A stretch of DNA of 64,000 bases from Eledone cirrhosa (Eukaryota): contig OZ024740.1 in assembly GCA_964016885.1 (NCBI GenBank), positions 289,726,001 through 289,790,000 of the forward strand, in the 5' to 3' direction. Below, piece by piece: positions 12,428-29,841 of this stretch; position 1 is the first letter of the stretch; each line of letters starts with the position of its first letter. Made by a program: the position numbers and the translations under genes. The notes beneath the pieces were generated by a model. It worked only from the letters and a program-made list of their open reading frames with translations. It was not told the DNA's origin and searched no databases.

Positions 12428-12770
12428 ATATAAGTTAAAACAATGAAATAAAAAATCAAGTCATTAGAGATATACTTCACTGCTTCACGATCGTTTCTAG
12501 ATTGTGATAATACATTGTATCTATACTCAGTTATTGATCTATGTAAGTTTACAAACTATCAGAGAGAGAGAATATTTACTTACATGCATATCACCAGCTG
12601 TTTTCTAAATGCATGTAAGTAAATATTCTCTCTATCTGATAGTTTGTAAACTTACATAGATCAATAACTGAGTATAGATACAATGTATTATCACCATCCA
12701 GAAACGATCGTAAAGCAGTGAAGTATATCTCTAATGACTTGACTTTTTACTTCATTGTTTTAACTTATAT
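12428..12770. repeat. Inverted repeat (~160-bp arms) with degenerate hammerhead-like motif
   Basis: Arms 12428-12588 and 12610-12770. Each carries CTGAGTA-TAGAT..ATC(T/C)A-GAAAC-GATC-GT. Confidence 0.8.
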
Positions 12771-12802
12771 ATATATATAAATATACCCGTGTGTGTATGA
12801 TT

Positions 12803-12945
12803 GTGTTAATTGAACAAGTACTTTCATGCTTTCGCAATCTTCAGATTCATATTCAGTGGTGACAGTCAAGTTTGTAATTTTCAAGTCACCACTGAATATG
12901 AACCTGAAGACTGCGAAAGTATGAAAGTACTTGTTCAATTAACAC
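12803..12945. repeat. Inverted repeat carrying two divergently oriented hammerheads (12812-12848 -, 12900-12936 +)
   Basis: GAAC-CTGAAGA-(C/T)TGCGAAAG(T/C)AT-GAAA-GTAC-TT-GTTC. Confidence 0.8.
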
Positions 12946-13179
12946 TTAACATTTAATATTCTACCATACTATTTCATTATAATATCCTTATAATTTTAAA
13001 GGATTGTAAATAAAACGAGTAAATCAGACAAAGTTGGAATTACTTTTATTAATATATATATATATAAATAGAAAAGAATGAAACGAAATTTCATTTCTCA
13101 TTCTTAGTACGTTTCATTCTTTTCTATTTATCGTTTTTGGTACGCCGGGCCGACTAATTCACTCGATATGCAAATTAGG

Positions 13180-13410
13180 CTGCTCAGCCGTTAATATGCA
13201 TAAGGAAAGTATATTCTTTCACACATTCAATTTTCTGACAGAAAGGTATACGATGCTGACGATAGGTAATAAGCTTGAAACTAGTACATCGTTCCCGTGT
13301 CAGTGTTGAACAAAAGGGCGGCGATGATTGCCGAGCACTGTACGGCGTAATTCGGGCTGTTTGTTTACAAACAAACCGAACATTATAATAAATGTTCGGT
13401 AAACCCATAC
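13180..13410 (-). repeat. Interspersed repeat, homologous to 33140-33385 in the opposite orientation
   Basis: Shared text, e.g. AAGCTTGAAACTAGTACA and CTCAGCCGTTAAT. Both copies adjoin microsatellites. Confidence 0.7.
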
Positions 13411-13516
13411 ATACATATATATATGTGTGCATGTATGTATATATACACACTACTGTACGTCTGTACGCATATATGTATGTACGTATAAATACTTATATTT
13501 ATATATAAATATATAT

Positions 13517-13717
13517 TTATTAAAATAACAGATTAAAGTTTAAGCAAAGAATCGCTTCTTTCACCCCTAAGAAAGCAGCGATTCTTTGCTTAAACTTTAA
13601 TCTGTTATTTTAATAAATATTTGCTCTATGGTTCTTTTGATATATATATGGTATATTTGATATATATTTATCCTCATCGAGCCCTCTTTGGATTTTAGTC
13701 TTCAAATTTATTATTGT

Positions 13718-13722
<5 letters not shown>
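13517..13722. repeat. Hairpin plus terminal repeat of the family also at 19978-20540 and 21393-21423
   Basis: Short inverted repeat 13517-13620; shared GGATTTTAGTCTTCA.ATTTATTATT. Confidence 0.65.
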
Positions 13723-13769
<47 letters not shown>

Positions 13770-13795
13770 AATGTAATCTGAGTTTTTCGAATATT

Positions 13796-13980
13796 AATAA
13801 TTGTTTCTACTTTTGGCACAAGGCCAGCAATTATCCTAGTACATTACTGGTACTTTATTTTATCGACCCCGTAAGGATGAAAGGCAAAGTTAACCTCGGC
13901 AGGATTTGAACTCAGAATGGCAAGGGCCGTAACTCTATACGCCAAAGCATAGCGTCCGACCCTCTACCGATACTGCCATT
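13796..13980 (-). mobile_element. tRNA-derived SINE, family 1
   Basis: Pol III B box GAGTTCAAATCC and conserved GCCTTTCATCCTTACGGGGTCGATAAAATAAAGTACCAG. About 10 copies in the window. Confidence 0.9.
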
Positions 13981-14368
13981 CGATTCGTTTGCAATTATGA
14001 AAACAGCCTCATTTTTAAAGCCATGTAAGTAGAATGAACCCTTCATTCTTGCTCTTGTGTTGGCATGTAAACAGAACTGCAAACACTAATGTGTACAATT
14101 CATTGTTCGTCAGTACAATTCACTGTTCACCTGCCAACTGTCAGAGCTAGTGAAAATATATGATATTTTCTAAAATATACAGTGACTCATCGGCCTGATT
14201 TGCATATTAGCAGACTGGCTGATCAGCCAGATTTGCATATCAGCAAACAGGCTAGTCAGTTTCCTGTATACGAGCGGTTAATGGCCGGCTTTGCCATATT
14301 CAAATAATTAATAAAAAAAAGATTATCGCTCTACATGGCTGAATACAACAAATGTAATCTGAATTATA

Positions 14369-14435
<67 letters not shown>

Positions 14436-14922
14436 TGCAAAATCTGTTAAGAGTATTGCAATCGCTTGTCAAATTCAGATGTGTGACGCGCGGATGTGGT
14501 TTGAGGAAGATTGTCTGATATTTCTAGCAGGTTCAGTGATAACTGACTCGTTCCTTCGTTAGTTTGTTGACGTATGTATTCTCTGTGCAAATATGTCTAA
14601 TTTATTTATTTTATATTATGTGTTTGTGTCTGTAATGGTGTGTATGTGCGAATATGTATGAATGCTTCACTATATTTATAAAAATATTTGTATTGATACG
14701 ATTCCATAGATGTAAATAATATGTGGTTATATATGTGTTACAGTCTGTTCTTTATGTGATTGTGTGACTTTTGGTGTTTGAGTTGAAACATCAATATTTA
14801 CATAAATAGTAGTGTGTATAAGAATGTATCTGCCTATTTTTGTCTAATTGCGGTTCTGTCTTCATATTTTTATCTCTCTCTCTAAAGGCGAAATTTTGTG
14901 TATCTATCTAATTATATCTATC

Positions 14923-14996
<74 letters not shown>

Positions 14997-15560
14997 CATA
15001 CTATATTTATATATATTCATGTGTGTGCTTCTATGTGTGTGTGTGTGTGTGTGTGTAAAGAATTCATTTAGATATAAACACACACGTATATGTTAGTGCG
15101 TTTCTTGTTTGAGTACTCGTATGTATAAATATGGATATCTATTTGTGATTGTGAATATAGAATTCGTGTAGTTATATGTATTATGTCCCTAACACACTTC
15201 ACTATACATATATTTAGTTTCAGAACTGGTGGAGAGACTAACAGACATGTCTTTGACCTCTTGACCAATGTCTGACGATGATTCATGAGAGACGGCGACG
15301 ACGTTGGGTTTGGTACCGATAACGCCAGTGGCAATGGTGGTGCGGAATAGTACTTGTATTAGATGTATGGTGGCGTGAGAAGCCGCGAGGATTCATCTTG
15401 GCAGCAAACAGTTATATAGTCTAGGGAGTACGTAGATGGCGTATAACTAATACATATATATATATATACACATATATATATAATATATATAACAAATATA
15501 TATATATATACGGAAAAAAATAAATATATATATATCTGTATATATATATATATATACACT

Positions 15561-15592
<32 letters not shown>

Positions 15593-15773
15593 GGTGTGTG
15601 TGTGTGGTGTGTGTGTATGTGAGTGTGTGCATGTGTGTGTATGCGCGTCTATGTGTATATTTTATGAGTAGTGTGTACATACTTTGTGAGAAAACAATCA
15701 CTATCAAAATGAGTCTACTTTGTAAGGAGTACATACATGATATTAGCTCACACACAAGTATATGCCCATACAT

Positions 15774-15890
<117 letters not shown>

Positions 15891-16180
15891 TATATACAGA
15901 GAGAGGGGGGAGTGGAGTGAGCTTGCGGCCGAAGTATATGATTAAGGTATATCTGTAAAACGACAGAATGTTTAATCAAGATTGCACCGACGTGTATAAA
16001 TAAATACATATATATTTGTAAATATATGCATATATATGAACTATACGTCAACTATGTACTCTCAGGTCTATACATTATTTGCTGCCAAGAAGAATTAGCA
16101 TAACTCTCAACACCGCTGAGACCATTACCAGCAATATTTTTAATTAAAAGCACTGACCCTTTTATGTTTTCGAAAATAAA

Positions 16181-16230
<50 letters not shown>

Positions 16231-16453
16231 ATATATGAATATATACATATATATATATATGTATATATATAACAGAAAACAGTTGGTCAGTCAATGGTAA
16301 CATTGAGGACCGAATAAATTAAATTAACTGATATAAAAGATACAGAAGCGAAAAGCAACCAAACAGTGAGTGTGTTCTGTTATTAATTCTGGCAATATTA
16401 TTACACAAATATGACCCTCCCCATGTATGTATGTATATATATATATATATATA

Positions 16454-16973
16454 TTTGAATTGGTGATCTGAAATAGCGATATATATATGAATGTATATAT
16501 AGTGTATTTTGCAATACACTGTATGCTTAATTAAAAGCATTTCGAGAGCTTACGCTATTGTTTTAGAGTAGTGACAGTCTTACTTACTTTAAATTTTCAG
16601 CAAACAGGGGAGATAAAGCTGACAGAGCTCTGTTTCGTACTGATTGGTACTTATCAAAGCCAAGTACTCCACCTGTTTGCTGAAAATCATGAATGTTTGA
16701 TTCTTATAGAATTCTAGTAATAATCAGAAATTAATTATACAGAGCGGTTGTCGGTCATGCAGAAATTGAAAATTTGAATTAGTGATCTGAAATAGCGATA
16801 TATATATGAATGTATATATAGTGTATTTTGCAATACACTGTATGCTTAATTAAAAGCATTTCGAAGAGCTTACGCTATTGTTTTAGAGTAGTGACAGTCT
16901 CACTTACTTTAAATTTTCAGCAAACAGGGGAGATAAAGCTGACAGAGCTCTGTTTCGTACTGATTGGTACTTA
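16454..16973 (-). repeat. ~320-bp unit, 1.6 tandem copies, with hammerhead (16617-16661)
   Basis: Direct repeat 16454 vs ~16773. Motif GGCT-TTGATAA-GTACCAATCAGTAC-GAAAC-AGAGCTCT-GTC-AGCT. Homologous to 25281-25995. Confidence 0.85.
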
Positions 16974-17019
16974 TGTATATATATATGTATATATATATAT
17001 GTATATATATATTTATATA

Positions 17020-17259
<240 letters not shown>

Positions 17260-17301
17260 AAGAAAACGAAAATTCAGTGATGTATCTGGACTTAATTTAT
17301 T

Positions 17302-17390
17302 GTGTTACAATTGTTTCTCCGGCAGGTAGCTCAAGACATGGTCCTTGTATGGATCCGGCTGATTCTACTTCTGCAGGTTCATTCAGACAC
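17302..17390 (-). ncRNA. Hammerhead motif with ~61-nt stem II and one extra core nucleotide
   Basis: GTGT-CTGAATGA-ACCTGCAG..GTAG...CTACCTGCCGGA-GAAAC-AATT-GTA-ACAC, followed by AATAAA. Confidence 0.6.
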
Positions 17391-17430
17391 GAGTATTTCG
17401 TTAGGATCAAATTTTATCACTGGGGTGTTA

Positions 17431-17643
17431 TCATAAAAAAACACCCTAAAAAAACCCTACTTCCACTCCTGTCATGCCATTGGCTGTTTTTACTCCACGT
17501 CATCACAAGTTCTGGTCAGTATCTACTGCCACACGGGTCATCAAAAAACACCCTAAAAAACCCCTACTTCCACTCCTGTCATGCCATTGGCTGTTTATAC
17601 TCCACGTCATCACAAGTTCTGGTCAGTATCTACTGCCACACGG
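17431..17643. repeat. ~108-bp tandem duplication
   Basis: AAAAACACCCTAAAAAA..CTACTTCCACTCCTGTCATGCC...GCCACACGG occurs twice. Confidence 0.85.
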
Positions 17644-18077
17644 CTCATCAGCCATTTTCCGTCCGACACATTTCGATGGAGTCATGCTGGGTTCAGCATC
17701 CCACACGTCTGTTCACACTTCACAGTAAGCACCCACACATACTAATATACACACACACACACACACCCATGCAGACACCGACAGATTTATGCATACACAC
17801 ACGTACGTCTACATGCGCAGACACACACACCCCCACATATTTGTATATATACACACACATTCTCTCCCTCACCTCCACGGACCCAGTCACACCCACTTGT
17901 AGATACATATCGCCACAAGCCTTATGGCGGCTGCTTACTTCGCCCCATGTATCCGGTTAGAATAAGCATGGCCTATTCGCAGACCCCCCCCATATATATA
18001 TATATATATATATAGGTGTGTGTATGTAATGTTTGTGTACGTATGCGTATTTTATATGTATGTGTGGGCATGTGTGA

Positions 18078-18119
<42 letters not shown>

Positions 18120-18552
18120 ATGCATGTATGTATGTGTATGTATATATATATATATATGTACATGCATGTGTGTGTGTGTATATGTATGTATGTGCATGTA
18201 TGTGTATATGCATATATATGTGTGGGTATGAGTGTGTATATATAGATATATAAATATATATAAGTTTGGGCGTATGTATGTGTGCGAGCGTATGTATGTG
18301 TATATATACACCCACGCATACGCCGACAAATATACATCTATATATTACATACACACACACACACACACACATCTATATATATATATATATATACACACAA
18401 AAAAAACAACAATAACCTAACATGCATACGCACAGCCACACATATACACATATATATATATATATATATACACACCCTCGCATATGCCGACGTATATACA
18501 TCTATATATGCATACGCACACGTGCTGCCACACGCATACACCTGCATATATA

Positions 18553-18895
18553 CATATTTGCCCGCATACATATGTGCTTCCACATATACAAATATAAACA
18601 AAACCGTAAATAAACGTTCATTATACAATATAAACAATATACCATAAACTAACGGTACATTACTGTAACATAAAATATAATATATACAATATAATATACA
18701 ATATGATATATATATATATATATATATATATTTGCCTGCACACATATTTGCTTCCACATATACAAATACAGACAAAACCGTGAATTAATAGTTAAAGATA
18801 CATTATATAATAAACAAAAACCATATACCATAAACTAACGGTACATTACTGTAACATAGAATATAACATATAAGATATAATATACAATATGATAT
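18553..18895. repeat. ~175-bp tandem duplication within microsatellite-rich DNA
   Basis: ATACCATAAACTAACGGTACATTACTGTAACATA occurs twice. Confidence 0.75.
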
Positions 18896-19193
18896 ATATA
18901 TAGAGAGAGATATATATCTATATCTCCCGGTATATACATATACATATACACATACATATACATATACATACCCACACACACATGTACACAGATTCATACA
19001 TACATATACGGATATATACAAGGGATATGTGATAAAGTAATACAACAAGAATATTGGTAATAATAAAAAGCATATATACTCCAAATATAATCATCCGCAC
19101 ACATTCATGTGAGATGCACATAAACACCTACATGTATGCACAAATACACATACACACATATATATAGGCCCACATATGTGTACACCCGCATAT

Positions 19194-19242
<49 letters not shown>

Positions 19243-19494
19243 CACGCATACACATATGCACACACTTACTCACCCCCCCACACACAGCTACTCATACGTG
19301 GCTATACGTACATACGCACATATATATAGACATACATACATATACACATTCACCTATACACATACATATACACACATGCACACACATTCCGCCACATATG
19401 TACATACATGCACATGTCTGCACATACACGCGCATATAAGCTCATGCACACACGCACCCATGCCAATGTACCCCCCCTGCACCCACCCACCCAC

Positions 19495-19530
<36 letters not shown>

Positions 19531-19853
19531 CTACACACACATACATATGTCTACGCACAGGTCCACGCATAAAAACACGCGAATATAAACACAATATGAG
19601 AATAAAGCAAAATAAATAAATAAATTTACAATATTTTAGGGTACATTACAATCTGTATGTAACTGCATAAATAGGTAGAATAAAAAACATTTTTCGTTTT
19701 CTTTATAATATCTACACTCTACTCTGATGAATATCGAGTGTTAATTTTGGCATACCGCGTATGGAAGCACCGTAACTACCATTATACACAACTATATATA
19801 TATATATAGTGACGAAACATAAGTCAATTGCATGAACTCATAATCCTTTATTT

Positions 19854-19909
19854 ACTGCTATATATATTTCGATGATAGCCATTGAATGGCTATGACCTCA
19901 TCAGGCAGT
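19854..19909 (-). ncRNA. Canonical type I hammerhead motif
   Basis: ACTGC-CTGATGA-GGTCATAGCCATTCAATGGCTATCATC-GAAA-TATATA-TA-GCAGT, with a perfect 5-bp stem I. Confidence 0.85.
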
Positions 19910-19977
19910 TAGTCAGTTCTTAGATATGCCAGCTCTGTGTTTATAGTGTTGATTGTATCAGAGCCTTGGGACATATC

Positions 19978-20591
<614 letters not shown>

Positions 20592-20630
20592 TAAATATTA
20601 ATAAAATAGATGTTCTTTTGATCAATTAAA

Positions 20631-20681
20631 TTTTATTATGCATATTTCAGAGGTACAACAGTACGTCCTCATCAGACAAAA
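20631..20681 (-). ncRNA. Hammerhead motif; relative at 44798-44859 (+)
   Basis: TTTTGT-CTGATGA-GGACGTACTGTTGTACCTCT-GAAA-TATGCA-TA-ATAAAA. Confidence 0.75.
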
Positions 20682-21416
20682 TATAATGATACATGACATA
20701 CCCTGAGATGTTAAATGGTTAAGATTTAATCAAGGTAGTGATTAACCTATGAGAAAACTCAACATTTATATCCTAATAATGAGAAAATGCGAAAACGTAA
20801 TAAATTCAATAGAGAAGGTATGAGTAAGAAAAACGTTGCTTTAATGTAACAGTTATAGAGATTTTAAAATGTGGGATACTACAAATTATGATTATCGAGG
20901 AAGACGTCTCTGGAATTATAATTTTATTACAGTTTATGAAGGTAACTGATAGATGATTAAAGAGAGGGAGAGATAAAAGGGAGTAATTTATGCAGAACAT
21001 TTTTTTCCCTTTAAGGACTAAGCGGTTAAGTTTCAAAATATTTAATTTATGTTATTTTAGGGTGAAGAATCAAAATTTTAAGTTTTTAAAAGTTGATGGT
21101 TATTTATATTTATTAATTTTATAGATTTTATAAATTTTTTAAATGTGTTACATTTCTAAAATTCTGAATTTTATGAAAACAGAATTAAAGGATTTACTAG
21201 GCCCGCGAAAGAGAAATATACACTGTAAAAGTAATCTTTAACAAAAATGACCTATAAGAGTGTCAACATTTTCGGTATGTAAAACTTATGAAGTATTTAT
21301 TGTTAGAAATATCGAAAAATTTATTGTCAAGTAGATACATTGTCTAAAGTATAATAATTAACGCAGAGTTTTCAGCCATATATATATATTTGTTTAAACT
21401 TTAATCTGTTATTTTA

Positions 21417-21491
<75 letters not shown>

Positions 21492-22329
21492 CATTTATCG
21501 TAATAAATTAATATTTATTATATTATGTTAAATCACTATATTAGTTCAACCTTCATGGGAAGAATGAACTCTAAATAATGAATATGTTATTGTACAATAT
21601 ATCTATATTTGCACAAACTATATATAGCGTTAAACCGAAACGGTAATTATGATTAAGTTATTATACATTATACATATAGATGTAAAAAACCAAATGCAGA
21701 GATATACGAAAGTAATAATATGATTTTGCTATTATACAATATAGACATATTTGCAAAAAAATTAGGTATAGAGAGATATACTAAGTATTAATGAGACAGT
21801 ATACTTTTGGTAAATGATAACGTTTATAATCTTATATAATAGATTCAAACATGCAAAGGTTAAATACATACATATATATATAAAAGAGTGTAAACGCATG
21901 AATGTGAATGGTTCACAGTTAAAAATAAGGTCCGTAAAAATTTACAGGTTGGATATTTGAACTATATTTAAAACAGATAGAAAAATAGAGATAGAAAAAT
22001 AAAGATAGAGAAATAATGGTATGGATCAAAGTTAATAATATAATGTTATGTATATCAACGTGTCGACATGTTATTAAACAAGTGTCATTCATTCAAACGT
22101 TATTTCTTTTATAGATAGTTATAAGATAAAGCAATATTAAAGGCCGTTAAGGTTTTCAACTGTTGATTATGTACGTTTAAAAACCAAGTTTAGTTGCTTA
22201 GTGTTTTTTCCTGGTCTTATGGGAGGCTTGAAATGTAGACAAGGCTTTATGAAGGCAATTAGAGAATAATTCACTTTTTTTGTTAATTAAGGTCTCATAA
22301 TTATTAATAATCAACAGGGTCTCCATTGT

Positions 22330-23050
22330 ACAAAGCGCGCAGTTACTTGATATACTTGAGTTGCGGTAAATTCTCACTATTTCGAATTTTCGTCCAAAAA
22401 ATGGAGTATTTTAAATTCTTCTCTTTTAATGACCAGATAAACTGTGATAAAGAAGTGGATGATTTCCTCTTGGAGTTCGAAAATGAGCATTTATGGTTCG
22501 CAAATCAGCCTTTAAATGTAGAAGAAGTCGATCCTATGTAGTTGTATGTGTTGTAATCAGTTTTTACGGTGCATTTATACACCAAATTACTATCTAAACA
22601 ATTATTTTGCAGAGGGCAATCAGTTTTATTTCTACAATTACATTTTGGTTTATTATCATTTATGTTAACGCTATTATTAAGATCATTATGCTAATTCGGC
22701 TTTAGAATTTTAGTGTTTAATTTAGCAATGTTTTGGGCCATATTCATAGTTGTAAAATAAAACAATTTAATGGTGTGTCTATTAAAAATAGAATGGTATT
22801 TATGTTGAGTAGGGAAAGAGGCGTCCAAAGCATTAAAGAATAATTTTGCAATTGGTGTTCTAACTGGTACTGAAGCAGGGGTGGGGGGCAAACAATATGA
22901 CTGATTTAGTTCTAGTTCTTTTCCTCATTTGGCGTATGGGTGTTTAAATTATAATTATTATATTTTATTAATATTTATATTTTAATATTAATAACTCTGG
23001 AAAATATTTTTCTGTAGAGTGCTTCCAATCTAATGTAAAACTTATTCTTT
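22330..23050 (-). pseudogene. Degraded PLE thumb/GIY-YIG fragment (same family as 54361-56148)
   Basis: IAKLFFNALDASFPTQHKYHSIFNRHTIK, followed by CNCRNKTDCPL and YIGSTSSTFK. Confidence 0.8.
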
Positions 23051-23078
23051 GATGTACTCATTGAATCTTGTTTAACTC

Positions 23079-23139
<61 letters not shown>

Positions 23140-23141
23140 CA

Positions 23142-23225
<84 letters not shown>

Positions 23226-23231
23226 CATACA

Positions 23232-23289
<58 letters not shown>

Positions 23290-23295
<6 letters not shown>

Positions 23296-23462
23296 GCTGA
23301 GTGGTTAGAGAATTGGATTCGAAAACGTAAGGTTGTGAGTTCGATTCCTGGACCAGGCGATGCGTTATGTCCTTGAGCAAGACACTTTATTTCACGTTGC
23401 TCCTTCTACCTGGAGTTGCGACCGATAGATAGTATTAGCAATTGGAAAGACCATCGGAAACA
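23290..23462 (+). mobile_element. tRNA-derived SINE, family 2 (CORE-like)
   Basis: A box TGGCTGAGTGG, B box GAGTTCGATTCC, then GTCCTTGAGCAAGACACTTT. Copies at 29279, 37703 and 44437. Confidence 0.85.
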
Positions 23463-23938
23463 TATATATCCATACATGGTGGCTGCCAACTCGTTTTCGA
23501 GTACGGCCACTACTTTATATCCATGTAGGAGAACCCCTACCGATGCGCTGAACGAGTGTGACTTTTTAGTCCAGCCAGCGACTTGAAAACTCTGGTACAA
23601 ACACTACACTTGTGACAATTACTGACACATAGTGCTGGGCCCATGGTACCATGTGACGACAAGTGCAGAGAGATCTCCAGATATAAAGCAATGCCTGTGC
23701 CGTGAAGCTTTTATAGTGAGCAAAGGCACTGCACAAAGCCAGTCCCACTCTCTTAACCAAGATGATATTTACCAAAAAGAAGAACAAGTCAACATCATTG
23801 GATACCATCAGGGTTGCAGGTGTTATATCAGAGTTTTCCTTCTCCTAGAATTCTGCCTTGACAAAGGCTAAGGGGTCATCTCTCCCGGTGATTTTGGATG
23901 GCCATTGACTCTTAAGAGCTCCTTTTTAAATACATACA

Positions 23939-24045
<107 letters not shown>

Positions 24046-24155
24046 TCGGTATGCCAGGATGCTTCTACCACTCAACGTCATGTTACTTCCTAAAAAGAAG
24101 GATGATGGAGTATATTAATAAAGAGGAAAATGCGAAGTTGAAGATGTTAGGGTCC

Positions 24156-24474
24156 TTTATTAATTGAGCCGTTATACATATTTCAATGACGATAGATATC
24201 GTGATTTCTTCAGACAGCAAACATTGAGTAAAAGGTAACATTTCTAAGGCAATTTTGGGTGGAAGGGAGCGGACTAAAAAAAGTGTGTGTTTTTTGCTTT
24301 GCATGCCCTTTGAAGGGAGCGGGCACTCAAAACAAAAACATACACATTTTTTTAGTCCGCTCCCTTCCACCCAATATTGCCTCGGAAATGTTACCTTTTA
24401 ATCAATTTTTTCCTGTCTGAAGAAATCAAGATATCTATCGTCATTGAAATATTTATAGCGGCTCAATTAATAAA
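24156..24474. repeat. Inverted repeat (~145-bp arms) with two hammerheads (24168-24218 -, 24413-24462 +)
   Basis: GCTGT-CTGAAGA-AATCACGATATCTATCGTCATT-GAAA-TATGTA-TA-ACGGC. Confidence 0.85.
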
Positions 24475-24489
24475 TTAATATATATGTAT

Positions 24490-25270
<781 letters not shown>

Positions 25271-25280
25271 TATATATATA

Positions 25281-25992
25281 GTATATTTGGCAATATACTG
25301 TATGCTTAATTAAAAAATATTTTGAAGTCCTTCTGCTATTATTTTAAGTAGTAACTATGTCACTTTTTTTTTCAACAAACAAAGGGAGATAAGCTGACAG
25401 ATCTGTTTCACTCTGTTGTTGATCATCAGAACTTAGCACTTGCCGATGTTTGTTGAAAATTATAGATGCTGGATTGTTATAGAATTCCAGTAATAATCAG
25501 GAACTGATTATACACAGCAATTGCCGGTCCAGCAAAAATTTTAAATTAGAATTGGTGCTCTGAAATCGCGATGTATACATGAATATATGTATGTTTTTAA
25601 TTAAGCATCCAGTATATTGCCAAATATACTATACATATATTCATGTAAACATCGCTATTTCACAGCACCAATTCTAATTTAAAATTTTTGCTGGGCCAGC
25701 AATCGCTCTGTATAATCAGTTCCTGATTATTACTGGAATGCTATAAGAATCCAGCATATATAATTTTCAACAAACATCGGCGAGTGCTAAGCTCTGATGA
25801 TCACCAACAGTGTGAAACGGATCTGTCAGCTTATCTCCCTTTGTTTGTTGAAAAAAGAAGTAAGTGACATAGTCACTACTTTAAAATAATAGCGCAAGGT
25901 CTTCAAAATGTTTTTAATTAAGCATACAGTATATTGCAAATATACTATACATATATTCATGTATACATCGCTATTTCAGAGCACCAATTCTA

Positions 25993-25995
<3 letters not shown>
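25281..25995. mobile_element. ~320-bp unit arranged as one inverted copy plus 1.25 tandem copies; hammerheads at 25392-25433 (-) and 25790-25831 (+)
   Basis: AGCT-CTGATGA-TCACCAACAGTGT-GAAAC-GGATCT-GTC-AGCT. Flanked by (TA)n. Confidence 0.85.
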
Positions 25996-26056
<61 letters not shown>

Positions 26057-26519
26057 CCTTTAAACTGTATGTTATTACTCTGAGGTCTATACCTTGTCGA
26101 GTGCTTGGCTGCACTACTGCAGGCATTCGTTGGCTTAGCTGCTACTCGAACTGCGAATATGCTGTACTTTTGTATTACTATCTCCTAGACCTAATGATTA
26201 ATTGATTAATTTAATTTGACAATTCCATTGATTGGTTAATTATTTAAGCTTGTTTAATAACGGTCTGATTGAGTGCCTAATTCAGTTTGTGTATGGAATT
26301 TTTCCATTGCTCATAATTTGAATTTGACCGCCATAAACCGGGGTTACCTCCCTTTGGAGTAACATGTGCTGTCTAACCGAGATTTGGATTAGAACGAAAG
26401 CCTGTTGAGAACGTAAATCCTCTGTTCGATCTTCCAGAAACCACACTTAGATATTCAATAATTTTGAAGTGCGGTCCAGGTATTATATATACGGATATGT
26501 GCATATATGTATATATATG

Positions 26520-29100
<2,581 letters not shown>

Positions 29101-29166
29101 GCGTGTGTTTTTATTGGCAGCATCACTCTCCAAAAGTATAACATATATATGTATGTATATATATAG

Positions 29167-29277
<111 letters not shown>

Positions 29278-29278
29278 G

Positions 29279-29368
29279 AAAGCGCGTAGACGAATTCACA
29301 ATCATTAGGTTGTGAGTTCGATTCTCGTTGTGTCTTTCAGCAAGACATTTCGTTTCACGTTGCTCCAG
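29279..29368 (+). mobile_element. SINE family 2, degenerate
   Basis: GGTTGTGAGTTCGATTC...AGCAAGACATTT..TTTCACGTTGCTCC. Confidence 0.65.
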
Positions 29369-29448
29369 TTTTAAGTTAAAACTTAAGTTAACTTAAATCT
29401 GCTTTCCAAGCAAGTCAAATCCGTCGATCTTTTAAGCATCTCAGAGGG

Positions 29449-29496
29449 ATACTCCCTTGATAATGGGTTTTTAAACCCGAAAATATTTGGGGTTAT
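29449..29496 (+). ncRNA. Minimal hammerhead motif with U3-A8 core
   Basis: ACTCCC-TTGATAA-TGGGTTTTTAAACCC-GAAA-ATAT-TT-GGGGT. Confidence 0.75.
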
Positions 29497-29584
29497 TAAA
29501 TTTGCTAAGATTCTTTTGTTACCTTAGCAATTTTAATTTTCTTTCTAATGTATTGTATAGTTTTCAAAATTATTTAAATTTGTG

Positions 29585-29652
<68 letters not shown>

Positions 29653-29841
29653 TTGCGCCAATATATATATATATATAACTGTGTATGTGTATCTATATAT
29701 AAATATTTATATATACACACTCGTACACACACAGACACACACACATTTATATATATATAGTTATTTGGCGTCATAAATTTAGTTACGCTCTCCACCATAA
29801 TATAATTAGTTGAATTCGACGTTTTGACCTCCAACCATCAA

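Noticed and set aside
23290-23365. tRNA gene
   Set aside because: A/B boxes run into a SINE body repeated elsewhere; no convincing cloverleaf.
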